Shown here: one piece after another, positions 16,479 to 29,179 of the stretch | How the letters are laid out: each line of letters begins with the position of its first letter | Numbering within the stretch: position 1 is the first letter of the stretch | Origin: Dictyostelium discoideum | Lineage: Eukaryota | NCBI GenBank assembly: GCA_000004695.1 | Contig: CM000150.2 | Span: 4,256,001-4,320,000, forward strand | Length of the DNA: 64,000 nucleotides | Direction: 5' to 3' | Notes under the pieces: generated by a model | The model's input: the letters and a program-made list of their open reading frames with translations, nothing else | What the model was told of the DNA's origin: nothing | Database searches by the model: none | Position numbers and translations under genes: made by a program

Positions 16479-16880
16479 TTCCTGTTGTTTTTCTATTTCT
16501 CCACCTGATAAATGAATTTTTTTTTTTTATGATTGTTTGAATTATTGATATTGTTTTTTTATTATATATTATATATTTTCATTTCAATTCTGCGCTAAAT
16601 GAAGTAATGTTATGTTTGTTGTGAAAAATAAAAATAAAATTTAATTTTAAAAAAAAAAAAAAAAATTAAAAAAAATAAAAAAAAAAAAAAAAAAATAAAT
16701 AAATTTTTTTTTCATTTTATGATAATTGTTTAAAGAAAATGGTAAACACACCACACTTAACATATTACCAAAAATATTAATTTTAATTAATTTATGAATT
16801 AATTTCTATAAATTTTATTTTTAATGGGGTTTTTTTTATTATTTTATAAAAATAAAAATATAGAAAGTAAAAAAAAAAAA

Positions 16881-17020
<140 letters not shown>

Positions 17021-17480
17021 ATTATTATTTATATTGTTTTTATAATTACTATTGTTATTAATTATTATAAAAAAATAAAAAGAAAAAAACTTTTCTACAA
17101 ATTAATTTCCAAAAATTGAATATTATTTGAAATTTCTATTGTAACTGAAAAAAACAAAAACTAAAAAAAGTAATAATCAGAAAATTTTATAAAAGTAAAA
17201 GTCAAATTATGATAAATATTTTTTATTTAGGTACCTCATCATTTGGAAAAAATATCTTGTGTGCAATAAAAGAATAAAATGGAAAAAGTTGGAAAAAATA
17301 GTGTTTTGCTGTGTATGTATTAACAAAATTTCATTTTCATTTTTTTTTTATTTTTTTTATTTTTTTTTTATTTTTTTTTTTTTTATTTTCAAAAATTTTT
17401 TTTTTGTTTTTTTTTTTTTTTTTTTTTATTTTTTTATTTTTCATATTTACATTCACAATTTAAACATAACATCATCAAAA

Positions 17481-17768
17481 ATGATCTCAAATGTTTTAAA
17501 GAGAGCCTCTGTTTTGGCTAGATCAAATGGCATTCAATCAGCCTTTTGTACGTATTTTAAAATACAAAAACAAAATAATAATAATAAAAAAAATAAAAAT
17601 AAAAAATAAAAAAAATAAAAACAGTGATCAAAACTCGAATTTATACAATGAATAATAATTAATATTTTTTTATTTTTATATATAAATAGATACTACAACT
17701 GCTAAAACTGAAGCATCTTCATCTCCACAAATGAAAATTAAAACTGCTGAAAAGAAAGATCACTGTAG

Positions 17769-17814
<46 letters not shown>

Positions 17815-18624
17815 AAAAAAATAAATAAAAAAAAAAAAAAAATTAGTTTATTAATAATTGATTAAAAAAAAAAAAAAAAAAAAAAAAAAATAAAAATTTT
17901 AGTTGTTAATTTCCAAGTTTATAGATATAATGAAGAAACAACAGCAAAACCATATATTCAAACTTATAATATTAATCTTAAAGATTGTGGACCAATGGTT
18001 TTGGATGCATTATTATTAATTAAGAATAATATTGATCCAACATTATCATTCCGTCGTTCATGTCGTGAAGGTATTTGTGGTTCATGTGCAATGAATTTAA
18101 ATGGTAGCAACACATTAGCATGTACCAAAAAGATCACCGATTGTTTATCAGGTGATACAGTTAAAGTTTACCCATTACCACACATGCATGTCGTTAGAGA
18201 TTTAATTCCAGATTTATCACATTTCTATACACAACACAAATCAATTAAACCATGGTTAGAGCCAGCCGTTGATGTACCAAGATACAATGGTAAGGAAATT
18301 CTTCAATCAAAAGAAAACAGACATAAATTAGATGGTCTTTATGAATGTATTTTATGTGCTTGTTGTTCAACCTCTTGTCCAAGTTATTGGTGGAGTGAAG
18401 GTGGTGATGGTGGTTATTTAGGTCCAGCCGTCCTCTTACAAGCTTATCGTTGGATCGCTGATTCTCGTGATTCAATTCAAAAAGATAGATTAGCAATCCT
18501 CTCTGAAGATCAAATGAAAGTTTACAAATGTCACACCATTATGAATTGTACTGCTGTTTGTCCAAAAGGTTTAAATCCAGGTAAAAGTATTGCTAATATT
18601 AAATATTTATTAGCACACAATTAA
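17481..18624 (+). CDS. sdhB: Succinate dehydrogenase (complex II) iron-sulfur subunit in three exons, 17481..17547, 17690..17764 and 17903..18624.
   Basis: A mitochondrial presequence ([22 protein letters not shown]) is followed by ...[39 protein letters not shown]...[21 protein letters not shown]...[16 protein letters not shown]...[18 protein letters not shown]. All three Fe-S Cys clusters are present. Donors are GTACGT at 17548 and GTAGGT at 17765, both phase 1. Acceptors are AG at 17688-17689 and 17901-17902. Confidence 0.9.
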
Positions 18625-18681
18625 TTTTTTTACCAATTAAACTTTATTTTATAAAAAAAACAAAACAAAACAACATTCAAA

Positions 18682-18717
<36 letters not shown>

Positions 18718-18865
18718 TATTTTTTTAAATAATAATTTTCATTTTAATTTAAATAATATAAATAATAATAATTATAACAAAATTAAAAAAAAAAAAAAAA
18801 AATAACAACAACTTAATAGTAATTGATATAATAAAATATAAATTAAAAAAAAAAGGTTTTATTTT

Positions 18866-19400
18866 GTTTTATTTATTTTTTGAAAATAAAATTAAAATTG
18901 GTTTTTGATGTAATTTAAAACCTTGTGTTTGATTTAGAGCTAAAGTTGCTAATTGGATGGTTGGAAATGTTATGAATGCTTGATTTCTTAATTTACCTTC
19001 TTTATGATAATCAATAATTAATTGTTTTTTCATTTCAGTGACACTATTAAAATGTCTTCTAAATAATGATTGAAAATCTTGATATGAAGCATGTTTTGAG
19101 ATATTTTTTATGTAAATTTTATTTGTTGGTTCACCAATTTCAATCTTTTTCTTATTTATAATTTCAATCTCTTCTAATGTTGCTTTATTATTATTTAATT
19201 GTTCAATATTAATTATATTTTTAATTTCTTCTTCTTCTTTTTCTTTTTCTTTTTCTTCTTTTTCTAATTCTTTATTTTCACATCCAGTTTCAATTCCATT
19301 AATTTTGAATTGTATTTTTTTGATGGAAGTGGTGGTGGTACAAACATTATTTTTAGAGGTTAAAGTATTTGTAATGTTTGTATTTTGTTGTTGTTTATTA

Positions 19401-19490
<90 letters not shown>

Positions 19491-19999
19491 GGAATTGATA
19501 ATTGTGATTTTAAAGATTTAGATTTTGAATTTTTAGTAGTGTTTAATATTTTTGAAGAGATTAAAGATGGGAATAGTTGATTTGTTTTTTCTATAACATT
19601 TGGATCTATTGATTTATAAGGTTCGTCATCTGACATCCATTCCTCTTCTTCTTCTTTTTCTTCCTCTTCTTCTTCTTCTTCTTCCTCTTCATTTTTATTT
19701 TCTTTTCTTTCATCTTTATTTAATTTTCTTTTCTTTTTATTTTCTTGATCACAAGTTAAATTTTGTGGAATAATCATATTTTGTTGAAGTGGAATATTTG
19801 AATAAATTGGTATATTCATTAACCTAGCTAAATTTAAAACCTGTGAAAAGAATTCTGGTTTTGTTTGAAGGTAAAAACTAATTTCATTAATAATATCTTG
19901 TGATGGTTCTGCATATCTACCAATATTAATATCATATGATGATGATAATAATGACGATGAAAATCCTTGATTTAATACATTCGATGGTGGAGGTATTGA

Positions 20000-20080
<81 letters not shown>

Positions 20081-20206
20081 TACATTTTGATTATATAGTT
20101 GTTGAACAATATTTTCAAGATTATCAATTTTTTCCATATCATCTTGTCTTTGTTTCTCATATTTTAATTTTTTTAATTTGTTTTTTGATAATGCCACTCC
20201 AGTGGG

Positions 20207-20266
<60 letters not shown>

Positions 20267-20658
20267 TGTATCCTTTTTTTGTTTTTGAAGAGGAGGAGTC
20301 CTTTTACCAGTTGAAATCTCAGCTTTTAAAATTTTACCACCAAATTCAAAGTTATTTAATTGATTTAATATATTGTTTGTTTCATCAATGCTTTTGAAAT
20401 CTAAGAATACTGTTCCTTTCTATTATAATTAATTATTATTATTAATTATTATATTTCTTTGGTTTTATAAAATTATAAAATTGAAAACACACACAAACTT
20501 TTTTTTTTTTTTATTTTATTTTTTTTTTGCGAATATACATACAAGTGGTCCATTTAAAATTTTTATATTGATAGGGTTATATGAATTGAATAATGCATTC
20601 AATTCAGAGTCTGGTACTGAAGTTGGAACATTTTTTACGATTATTTTACAATTTGGTA

Positions 20659-20698
<40 letters not shown>

Positions 20699-20719
20699 AT
20701 TATCAGTTACATTCTCCAT
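18866..20719 (-). CDS. Two-RRM RNA-binding protein resembling the U11/U12 snRNP 65K protein (RNPC3). Exons are 20719..20543 and 20419..18866 on the minus strand, giving about 576 aa.
   Basis: The N-terminal RRM is CKIIVKNVPTSVPDSELNALFNSY...KGTVFLDFKSIDETNNILNQLNNFEFGGKILKAEIS. A central motif, EISFYLQTKPEFFSQVLNLARLMNIPI, looks like the RNPC3-specific motif as I recall it (from memory, not verified). An acidic poly-E stretch follows. The C-terminal U1A-like RRM is KIYIKNISKHASYQDFQSLFRRHF...KEGKLRNQAFITFPTIQLATLALNQTQGFKLHQKPILILFSKN. Poly-Q and poly-N tracts are encoded by (CAA)n and (AAT)n. The donor is GTATGT at 20542, phase 0. Confidence 0.6.
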
Positions 20720-20813
20720 AGTATAGATAGAAATTGTTTTAAGTTGTCATTATTGGGTAAATAAATTTTTTTTTTTCATTTTCAGAAATAAACGAAAAAA
20801 AAAAAAAAAAAAA

Positions 20814-20851
<38 letters not shown>

Positions 20852-21081
20852 AAAATAAAAATAAAAATAGAATTCAAGATTTTAATCATCAATCCGAATT
20901 AAAAAGAATTTTAAGTGTTTATTTTTTTTTTTTTTTAATTTACAGGTATGGATTTTATTATGTACATGGGTTTTTTTTTATTTTTTATTTTTTTTTTATT
21001 TTTTATTTTTTAATTTTTTTTTTGGATTATTTACAGTTGGGTTTGGATTTTTTTTTTTTTATTTATAAAATTATTCCTTAT

Positions 21082-21826
21082 TATTTACATCATTTTACAA
21101 ATTGAAGTTTTAGTTTGTTTTACTCTTGTATTTATTTTTTTAATTATTTTACTTGTATTAACTAATGGTTTTTTAGAGTCACTATCTTTTGATGGTTTAT
21201 GACTTTGTGGATCTTCTTTTCTTTTAACTATACGAACTGTTTCATTGAAAACTTCTTCAACATTTGTTCTATTTTTAGCGGAAACTTCCATGAATGACAT
21301 ACCTAAACATCGTGCTAAATCTTTACCTTCTTGAAATGTAACTTGTCTTTCATCATCTAAATCAATTTTATTACCAATCATCATTATTGGTACATCATCA
21401 CTATCCAATACACGAATGATTTGTTCTCTAAAGAATTGAATTTGGTCAAATGATGATCTTGATGTAACCGAATAAACCAATATGAAGCCTTCACATGATC
21501 TAATCCATTGGTCTCTCATAGCGGTTAATTCATCTTGACCTGCTGTATCTAATATATCTAACATATAAACTTGATCATCCACCAAACATTGTTTACGGTA
21601 TGAATCTTCAATTGTTGGATCATAATAATAAACAAAATGATTTGAAATAAATTGAATTGTTACTGCTGTTTTACCAACACCACCTTTTAATATTTTTAAA
21701 TTAAATGAAAAAAAAAAAAATTAATATTAATAAAACTTGGAAATTATTTTTATTTTTTTTTATTTTTTACATACCATCACCCATTATACATAATGATATA
21801 ACATTATTATTTTTATAGGAAGTCAT
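21082..21826 (-). CDS. Ras-family small GTPase (rasU–rasZ type paralog) in two exons, 21826..21775 and 21683..21082 on the minus strand.
   Basis: Sequence is [17 protein letters not shown]|[67 protein letters not shown]...[12 protein letters not shown]...SAK...CKMM. It has the Ras G1–G5 motifs and a CaaX box. The phase-1 intron sits inside the P-loop codon, with a GTATGT donor at 21774 and acceptor at 21685-21684. Confidence 0.85.
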
Positions 21827-22114
21827 TTTTTTATTTATTTATTTATTTATTTTTATTTAGTTTAATAATAATTAATTGATTGAATAATTTTAAAATTCTA
21901 ATTTTATTATAATTGAATTTTCTTTTTTTCTTTTTTTAATTTTATGGAAATAATAATAAATATAATTATTTTTTTTTTATTTTTTATTATTTTTTTTTAA
22001 TTAAAATAATAATAATAATTATTATTATTCTTATTTTATTAAAAATTCTCTTTTACTCTATTTTATTCTCTTTTTCTATTTATAAATAATTTGAATTACT
22101 ATTTATTTGTTTGC

Positions 22115-22146
<32 letters not shown>

Positions 22147-22283
22147 TATAATATTTAAAAGGGATAGGTAATTAATTCTATTTAAATAATTTTACAAATT
22201 GTATTTAAATAGGAATAATTTTTAAAAAATTAATTTTTTTTATTTTATTGTAATTTTTTTTAAAAATTAATTCCGGTTTGTTA

Positions 22284-22333
<50 letters not shown>

Positions 22334-22658
22334 TTTTTATTATTGTAATTTTTGTCGTTACAAAAATATTGGGGGGTGGGTGTGATAATAAGATTAAAAT
22401 TAAAAAATCTTTTTTTATTTTTTATTTTTAATTTTTTGTTTTAAATTATATTTTTGTTTTAATTTTTATTATTTTTTTTTTTGTTGATGATTTTATTAAA
22501 TATCTTATCTATTTTTGTTATCTTTTTATTTGTACTTTTTATTGCAAATTTTAAAATAAAAAAAAACAAAACATAAAAAAATAAAATAAAAATAAAAAAA
22601 AAAAAAAAAATAAAAAAAAAATTAAAATGAATAAAAAATAAAGCTTTATATAATAGAA

Positions 22659-22701
<43 letters not shown>

Positions 22702-22835
22702 ATGATCACTTAATTCAGAGAATCAATTTTTTTTTTTTTTTTTCTATTTTTTTTTATTTTTTTAATTTTAAAATTTGGGCAAAATTATGTGAGACTCTCA
22801 ATTAGTTAATAAAAATTTATGATAAATTTTGATAG

Positions 22836-22872
<37 letters not shown>

Positions 22873-23031
22873 ATGTAAAATATTAATAAAAGAGAGGTGA
22901 GCAGTGCTATTATAAATAAACTTTTTTTTCCCCCACTAATTTTTTTTTTATTTTTTAGTCAACTTTTTTTCAGTTATCCAAAACAAACAATGGGGCGAAG
23001 TCATATAGTATTAAAAATAAAATAAAATAAA

Positions 23032-23070
<39 letters not shown>

Positions 23071-23827
23071 GTTCAATCAGTAATTAAATATAATCAAAAT
23101 CTCAAAACACACACTTCCAACTGACGCTGATCAAAAAAAAAAAAATAAAAATAAAAAAATAAAAAAAAAAAAAAAATATAATATTTTTATAGTTGTGGTG
23201 AAAATATTATTAGCCTCCAATCAAAAATCTTTATTAGGAATTCTAGATCACCACACTTTACTTTTTTTTTTTTAATTACTAAGCCGCAAGGTACCTTTTG
23301 TTTATATTTTTATAGTAATGAAATTTTTTAAAAAAAAATAAATATTTGGTTCTTTTTTTTTTTTTTTTTTTTTTTAATGATTTTTATTTTTATTTTTTTT
23401 TTTTTTTTTAATCACTTTTTATTTTTATTACTTTTTTTTTTTTAAAAATTAAATTAATATATTACCGAAAAGGTTTACTTAAAAAATTTACTAAAAATAC
23501 GGAGTTTTAAGTAAGTTCCTTTTTATTTCCAAAATAAAATGATATTATTATTATAATATTTTAATTTACCGATAAAAGATATTTTTTTTTTTTTGATTTT
23601 TATTTTTTTTTTTAATTAATAAATTGATTTTTTTTAGAAAGTTGGAAAAAAAAAATTGGAAAATATCTATAGATATTATTTTTATATACAAAAAATTAAA
23701 ATTCATTCAATTTGAATGAAAAATTATAATTTATAATTTTATTTTATTTATTTACAATATAATATTACATTTATAATTATTATTATTATTATAATCATTA
23801 TTATTATTATTTTTATTATTTTTATTA

Positions 23828-24520
23828 TTTTTACATAACTTTACAAATTTCATTAATTTTTTTTTTTAATGGATTTTTGTTTTTTTTTAATATTTTTACA
23901 TGTTTTGATTTAATTCTATATAATTCTTCTTTTCTTTTAACACAACAAACTGCTTCATGAAAAACTTCATCAATATTTGATCTATTTTTAGCAGAGACTT
24001 CCATGAATGACATACCTAATCTTTGAGCCAATTCTTTACCTTCATGATAGGTAACTTGTCTTTCATTAACCAAATCTGATTTATTACCAATCATCATAAT
24101 TGGTACATCATCTCTATCCAATACACGTATTATTTGTTCTCTAAAATTTAAAACTTGATTAAATGATGATTTACATGTAATTGAATAAACCAATACAAAT
24201 CCTTCACATGATCTAATCCATTGATCTCTCATTGCGGTTAGTTCATCTTGACCAGCAGTATCGAGAATATCCAAAATATATGATTTATCACTAACACAAA
24301 TTTGTTTACGATATGAATCTTCAATTGTTGGATCATAATAATAAACAAAATGATTTGAAATAAATTGAGTTGTTACTGCTGTTTTACCAACACCACCATC
24401 GCCCATAATACAAAGTTGTACAATATTATTTTTATTATTATTATTACAATTATTTTCATTTATAAAATTATTATTATTAATAATAATATTTTTTTTAAAA
24501 TTTTTAATTTTAATTGACAT
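23828..24520 (-). CDS. Ras-family small GTPase paralog, a single exon of 229 aa.
   Basis: Sequence is ...[85 protein letters not shown]...[10 protein letters not shown]...CKVM. The P-loop has no intron. Confidence 0.85.
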
Positions 24521-25892
24521 TTTTTTTAATTATTATATTTTTTTTTTTTTTTTTACTTAATAAACTTCAAATAATTTATAACTTTTGAATTCTTATTTTG
24601 AATGAATATATATAAAAAAAAATAAAAATTATTTTACTTCTATTTATATTTTTATTTTATTTAATTTATTTTATTTTATTTTATTTTGTTTTATTTTCAG
24701 TTTTATTGTTTTTAAATTATTTTCAGTTATAAATAATTCACTAACAGATTTTTTTTTTTTTTTTTTTATGAGATTATTTTTTTTTTTATATGCAGTCACA
24801 GAGTGGTGATTATTTTAAGTGTAAGTAATTTAGAAATATTATGGTTTTGGAAAGGATTTTTTGCAAAACAATCATAAATGAAAAAAGAAAAAAAAATCAG
24901 TTAAAAATATCTTGGTATTCTCACTTAATTTCTCAATTTTTTTTATTATTTTTATTTTAATAAAAATCACACTATAATATTTCGCTTTTTTAAAAATAAT
25001 TTATTAATATTATATTATGTATAAAAAAAAAAAAAAACTATTAACTTTTTGCATAGAGAGAAAATTTATTATTAATATTTTTTTTTTTTAATAATTAATA
25101 CTATCGATATCACGTGTGATTATTATTATTATTTATTAATATTATTTTTTGGTTTTGTATTTATTATTATTATTTTTTTTATTTTTTATTTTTTTTATTT
25201 TTTTTTGCACAAGATTTATTTTAAATTGCACAAATTTTTGTTGACAATCAAAAGTTAACATAATAATAATAATAATAATATAATAATAATAATAATATAT
25301 TTGAATAAATGAATGAAATAAAGAGTTTTTTTTTTATTTTTTTTTTATATAAAAATAAATTATTGGAAAAAATAAAAAATGAATATAAATGGCAGTTATC
25401 GAAATTTTTTTTTTTTTTGGATAACTAAATTATTTGAACAATCTTTGGAATCCTTGTAAAAGTTTTAAAATAATATTAAAAAGTCATCAATGACTAAATT
25501 TAAATTCAATCTATTATAATGGTGGCATTTTTTTTTTATCTTTTTTTATTACTTTTTTTTAATTTTATTTCTTTTTTTAATTTTATTACTTAAACACACT
25601 CACACACAAAAATAAAAAATAAAAAAAATTGATTAAAATTTCATTAAGGTGTAAATTTACTTTCAACTCCACATTGAAAGTTATTTAATTTTTTTATTTA
25701 TTTTACTTTTTTTTTTTTTAGTTTATACACTTTAGATTTACAATTATTTTCATTTTACTTTTTACTTTTTTTTTTTTTTTTTTTTTATATTTATATATTT
25801 ATTTATACACACAAGTAAGAATCTTACTCGATATCGGTGCGCGCGAATTATTTACAATTATTAATTTTTACATATATATTTTAATTCCAAAT

Positions 25893-26537
25893 TATTTACA
25901 TCATTTTACAAATTGAATTTTTAGTATTATTTACTTTTTGATTTAATTTTTTAATTATTGAATTTTTCTTTTTAATATCTTTTCCATCTTTTGATTTATC
26001 TTTATTATGTAAATCATATTTTCTTTTTACACAACGAACTGTTTCATTGAAAACTTCTTCAATATTTGATCTGGTTTTAGCAGAGACTTCCATGAATGAC
26101 ATGCCAAAACAACGTGCTAAATCTTTACCTTCTTGATAGGTTACTTGTCTTTCATCATCTAAATCTGATTTATTACCAATCATCATTATTGGTACATCAT
26201 CACTATCTAATACACGATTAATTTGTTCTTTGAAGAATGCAATTTGGTCAAATGATGATCTTGATGTTACTGAATAAACCAATACGAATCCTTCACATGA
26301 TCTAATCCATTGATCTCTCATAGCGGTTAATTCATCTTGACCTGCTGTATCTAATATATCTAACATATAGACTTGATCATCAATTACACATTGTTTACGA
26401 TATGAATCTTCAATTGTTGGATCATAATAATGTACAAAATGATTTGAAATAAATTGAATTGTTACTGCTGTTTTACCAACACCACCATCACCCATAATAC
26501 AAAGTTTAACTAAATTATTATTTTTATATCCTGACAT
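25893..26537 (-). CDS. Ras-family small GTPase paralog, a single exon of 213 aa.
   Basis: Sequence is [77 protein letters not shown]...CKMM. Confidence 0.9.
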
Positions 26538-26540
26538 TTT

Positions 26541-26572
26541 TAATTTTGATTTATTTATTTATTTATTTATAT

Positions 26573-26607
<35 letters not shown>

Positions 26608-26674
26608 TATTTATTTATTTATTTATATTTATTTATTTAAATTTATTTATTTATTTATTTATATTATACAAAAT

Positions 26675-26720
<46 letters not shown>
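26541..26720. repeat. An (ATTT)n-type tetranucleotide array immediately upstream of the Ras paralog whose start is at 26537.
   Basis: The sequence atttatttatttatttatt... carries occasional TATT variants. Confidence 0.85.
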
Positions 26721-26725
<5 letters not shown>

Positions 26726-27223
26726 TTTTTTATATGTATTTTTACAATTTATAGTTATACAATTTATTTTTTTATACAATTGTTTTAAAATTAATGATTG
26801 GAAAAAAAACATTTCTTTTTTATAATGTTTTTTTTTTTTTTTTTTAATCAAACAATTAATTTTCAACGAAAATAAAATTATGAAAATTTTTATTTTATTT
26901 TTTTTATTTTTTTTTTTTATTTTTTTTTTTATTTTTTTTTTTATTTTTGTCACCACATAGTGTTGTCATTTAATTTTTTTGTGTTAATAAAAATAGAATT
27001 ATTAAGAAAAATTTGGTAGTTTCCCGAACTGACATTCAAAAAAATAATTATGAAAAAAAAAAAAAAAAAAATAAAATCTTTGTTTTGCAATGAGAATAAG
27101 TTAATAATTTTCAATCAGTGAAACTACCCTTAATGTAAATGTAACCCCCAAAAAAAAAAAAAAAAAAAAAAAGATAAAAATATAATAAAAAAAAAAGATA
27201 AAAATAAAATAAAATAAAAGATT

Positions 27224-27275
<52 letters not shown>

Positions 27276-27404
27276 ATATTTTTTTTATATTTTTTAATTT
27301 TATTCTTTTGATTATAATTTTATATATTCATTTGCATCATTTCACAAAAGATATTGATGAAACTTGCCCAGAAAAAAAAAAACAAATAAAAAAATTGACT
27401 ATTA

Positions 27405-27468
<64 letters not shown>

Positions 27469-27587
27469 ACTAAAAATAGAATTAAAACAATATTAAAAAA
27501 ATAAAAATTATCTTTACAAGAAATTCAATCAACATTTTAAATTGAAAGAATAATTTAAAATTTTATTTACAAAAGATTTCTATTATA

Positions 27588-27622
<35 letters not shown>

Positions 27623-27626
<4 letters not shown>

Positions 27627-28369
27627 TACATCATTTTACAAATTGATATTTTGGCACCATTTACTTTTTGATTTAATTTTTTAAAGATTGAAGATTTTTT
27701 AGAGTGATCACCTTTACCATCTTTTGAATTATCTTTTTTTAATAATGATTCTTCTCTTCTTTTTACACAACGAACTGTTTCATTGAAAACTTCTTCAACA
27801 TTAAGTCTGGTTTTAGCAGAGACTTCCATGAATGACATACCTAAACAACGTGCTAAATCTTTACCTTCTTGAAATGTAACTTGTCTTTCATCATCTAAAT
27901 CTGATTTATTACCAATCATCATAATTGGTACATCATCTCTATCTAATACACGGATAATTTGTTCTCTAAAGAATTGAACTTGGTCAAATGATGATCTTGA
28001 TGTTACTGAGTAAACCAATATGAAACCTTCACAAGATCTAATCCATTGGTCTCTCATAGCGGTTAATTCATCTTGACCTGCTGTATCTAATATATCTAAC
28101 ATATAAACTTGATCATCTATTAAACATTGTTTACGATATGAATCTTCAATTGTTGGATCATAATAATGTACAAAATGATTTGAAATAAATTGAATTGTTA
28201 CTGATGTTTTACCAACACCACCTTTTTTTAAAAAAAAAAAAATAAAATAAAAAATTAATATTATTAAAACTTGGAATTTATTATTTAAACATAGGTTATA
28301 TTTTTTTAACATACCATCACCCATTATACAAAGTTTAACTAAATTACCATTACTTTTATTTGTTGTCAT
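27623..28369 (-). CDS. Ras-family small GTPase paralog in two exons, 28369..28315 and 28221..27623 on the minus strand.
   Basis: The ORF track reads straight through a stop-free 93-nt intron ([31 protein letters not shown]), placed exactly between GDG and GVGK. It has a GTATGT donor at 28314 and an AG acceptor at 28223-28222. The spliced product is [18 protein letters not shown]|[12 protein letters not shown]...CKMM. Confidence 0.85.
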
Positions 28370-28601
28370 TTTTTTTTATTTTTTTTTATTTTTTTATTTT
28401 TTTATTTTTTTAAAAAAATTATTTATTTATATATTTAATTATTTATTATTTATTTTGAATAATGGTAATGAATAAAAAAAAAATTTTAATTTCATCTTGC
28501 TATTTATATTTTTTTTATTTTTTAATTTATTTTTATTATTAATCCATTTTTAGGACAAAAATAAATTAATCAATCAAATAAGTTCAGCGAAAAATGTTTT
28601 T

Positions 28602-28645
<44 letters not shown>

Positions 28646-29179
28646 TATTCAAATAATATCAATAATATCAGACTAATGAATATATGAGGAATTATTATTA
28701 TTAAAAAGGTTTTTATTTTGAAAAAAAAAATGAATAGTTAAACGATCTGATAAAAAAAAAAAAAAAAAAAATAAAATTGTGAATAAGGAATTTGATGGTT
28801 GTAATAGTCAAATTAAAATTTTAACGTTAAATAGTTTTTGAAATATGTTCTTTCATATCCATTGTGATTTTTTTTATTTTTATTTTTATTTAAATAGACA
28901 ATCCGAAATGAGATTTTATTTGATAAAAAAAAAAACCTCTTAATCTTAACAAATTGTTAACACATCCAACTGATCTATAAATTATTTTAATTTTTATTAA
29001 TATATTTTTTTATTTTATTTTTTTATTTTATTTTTTATTTTTTTTCAAAAGTGCACAAAGTTAACTTCTTCCTAAATTAAAAAAATATTTTTTAAAAAAA
29101 ACAAAAAAAAAATTAAAAAAATAAAAATTTTGAAAAAAAAAAAAAAAAATAATGAAAGATATGATCCAACACACACACA

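Noticed and set aside
27623-28369. A 247-aa ORF with a 31-aa hydrophobic insertion in the Ras P-loop.
   Set aside because: The insertion is an unspliced 93-nt intron with a GTATGT donor and AG acceptor at the same position as the intron in the 21082 paralog. It is not a real insertion.
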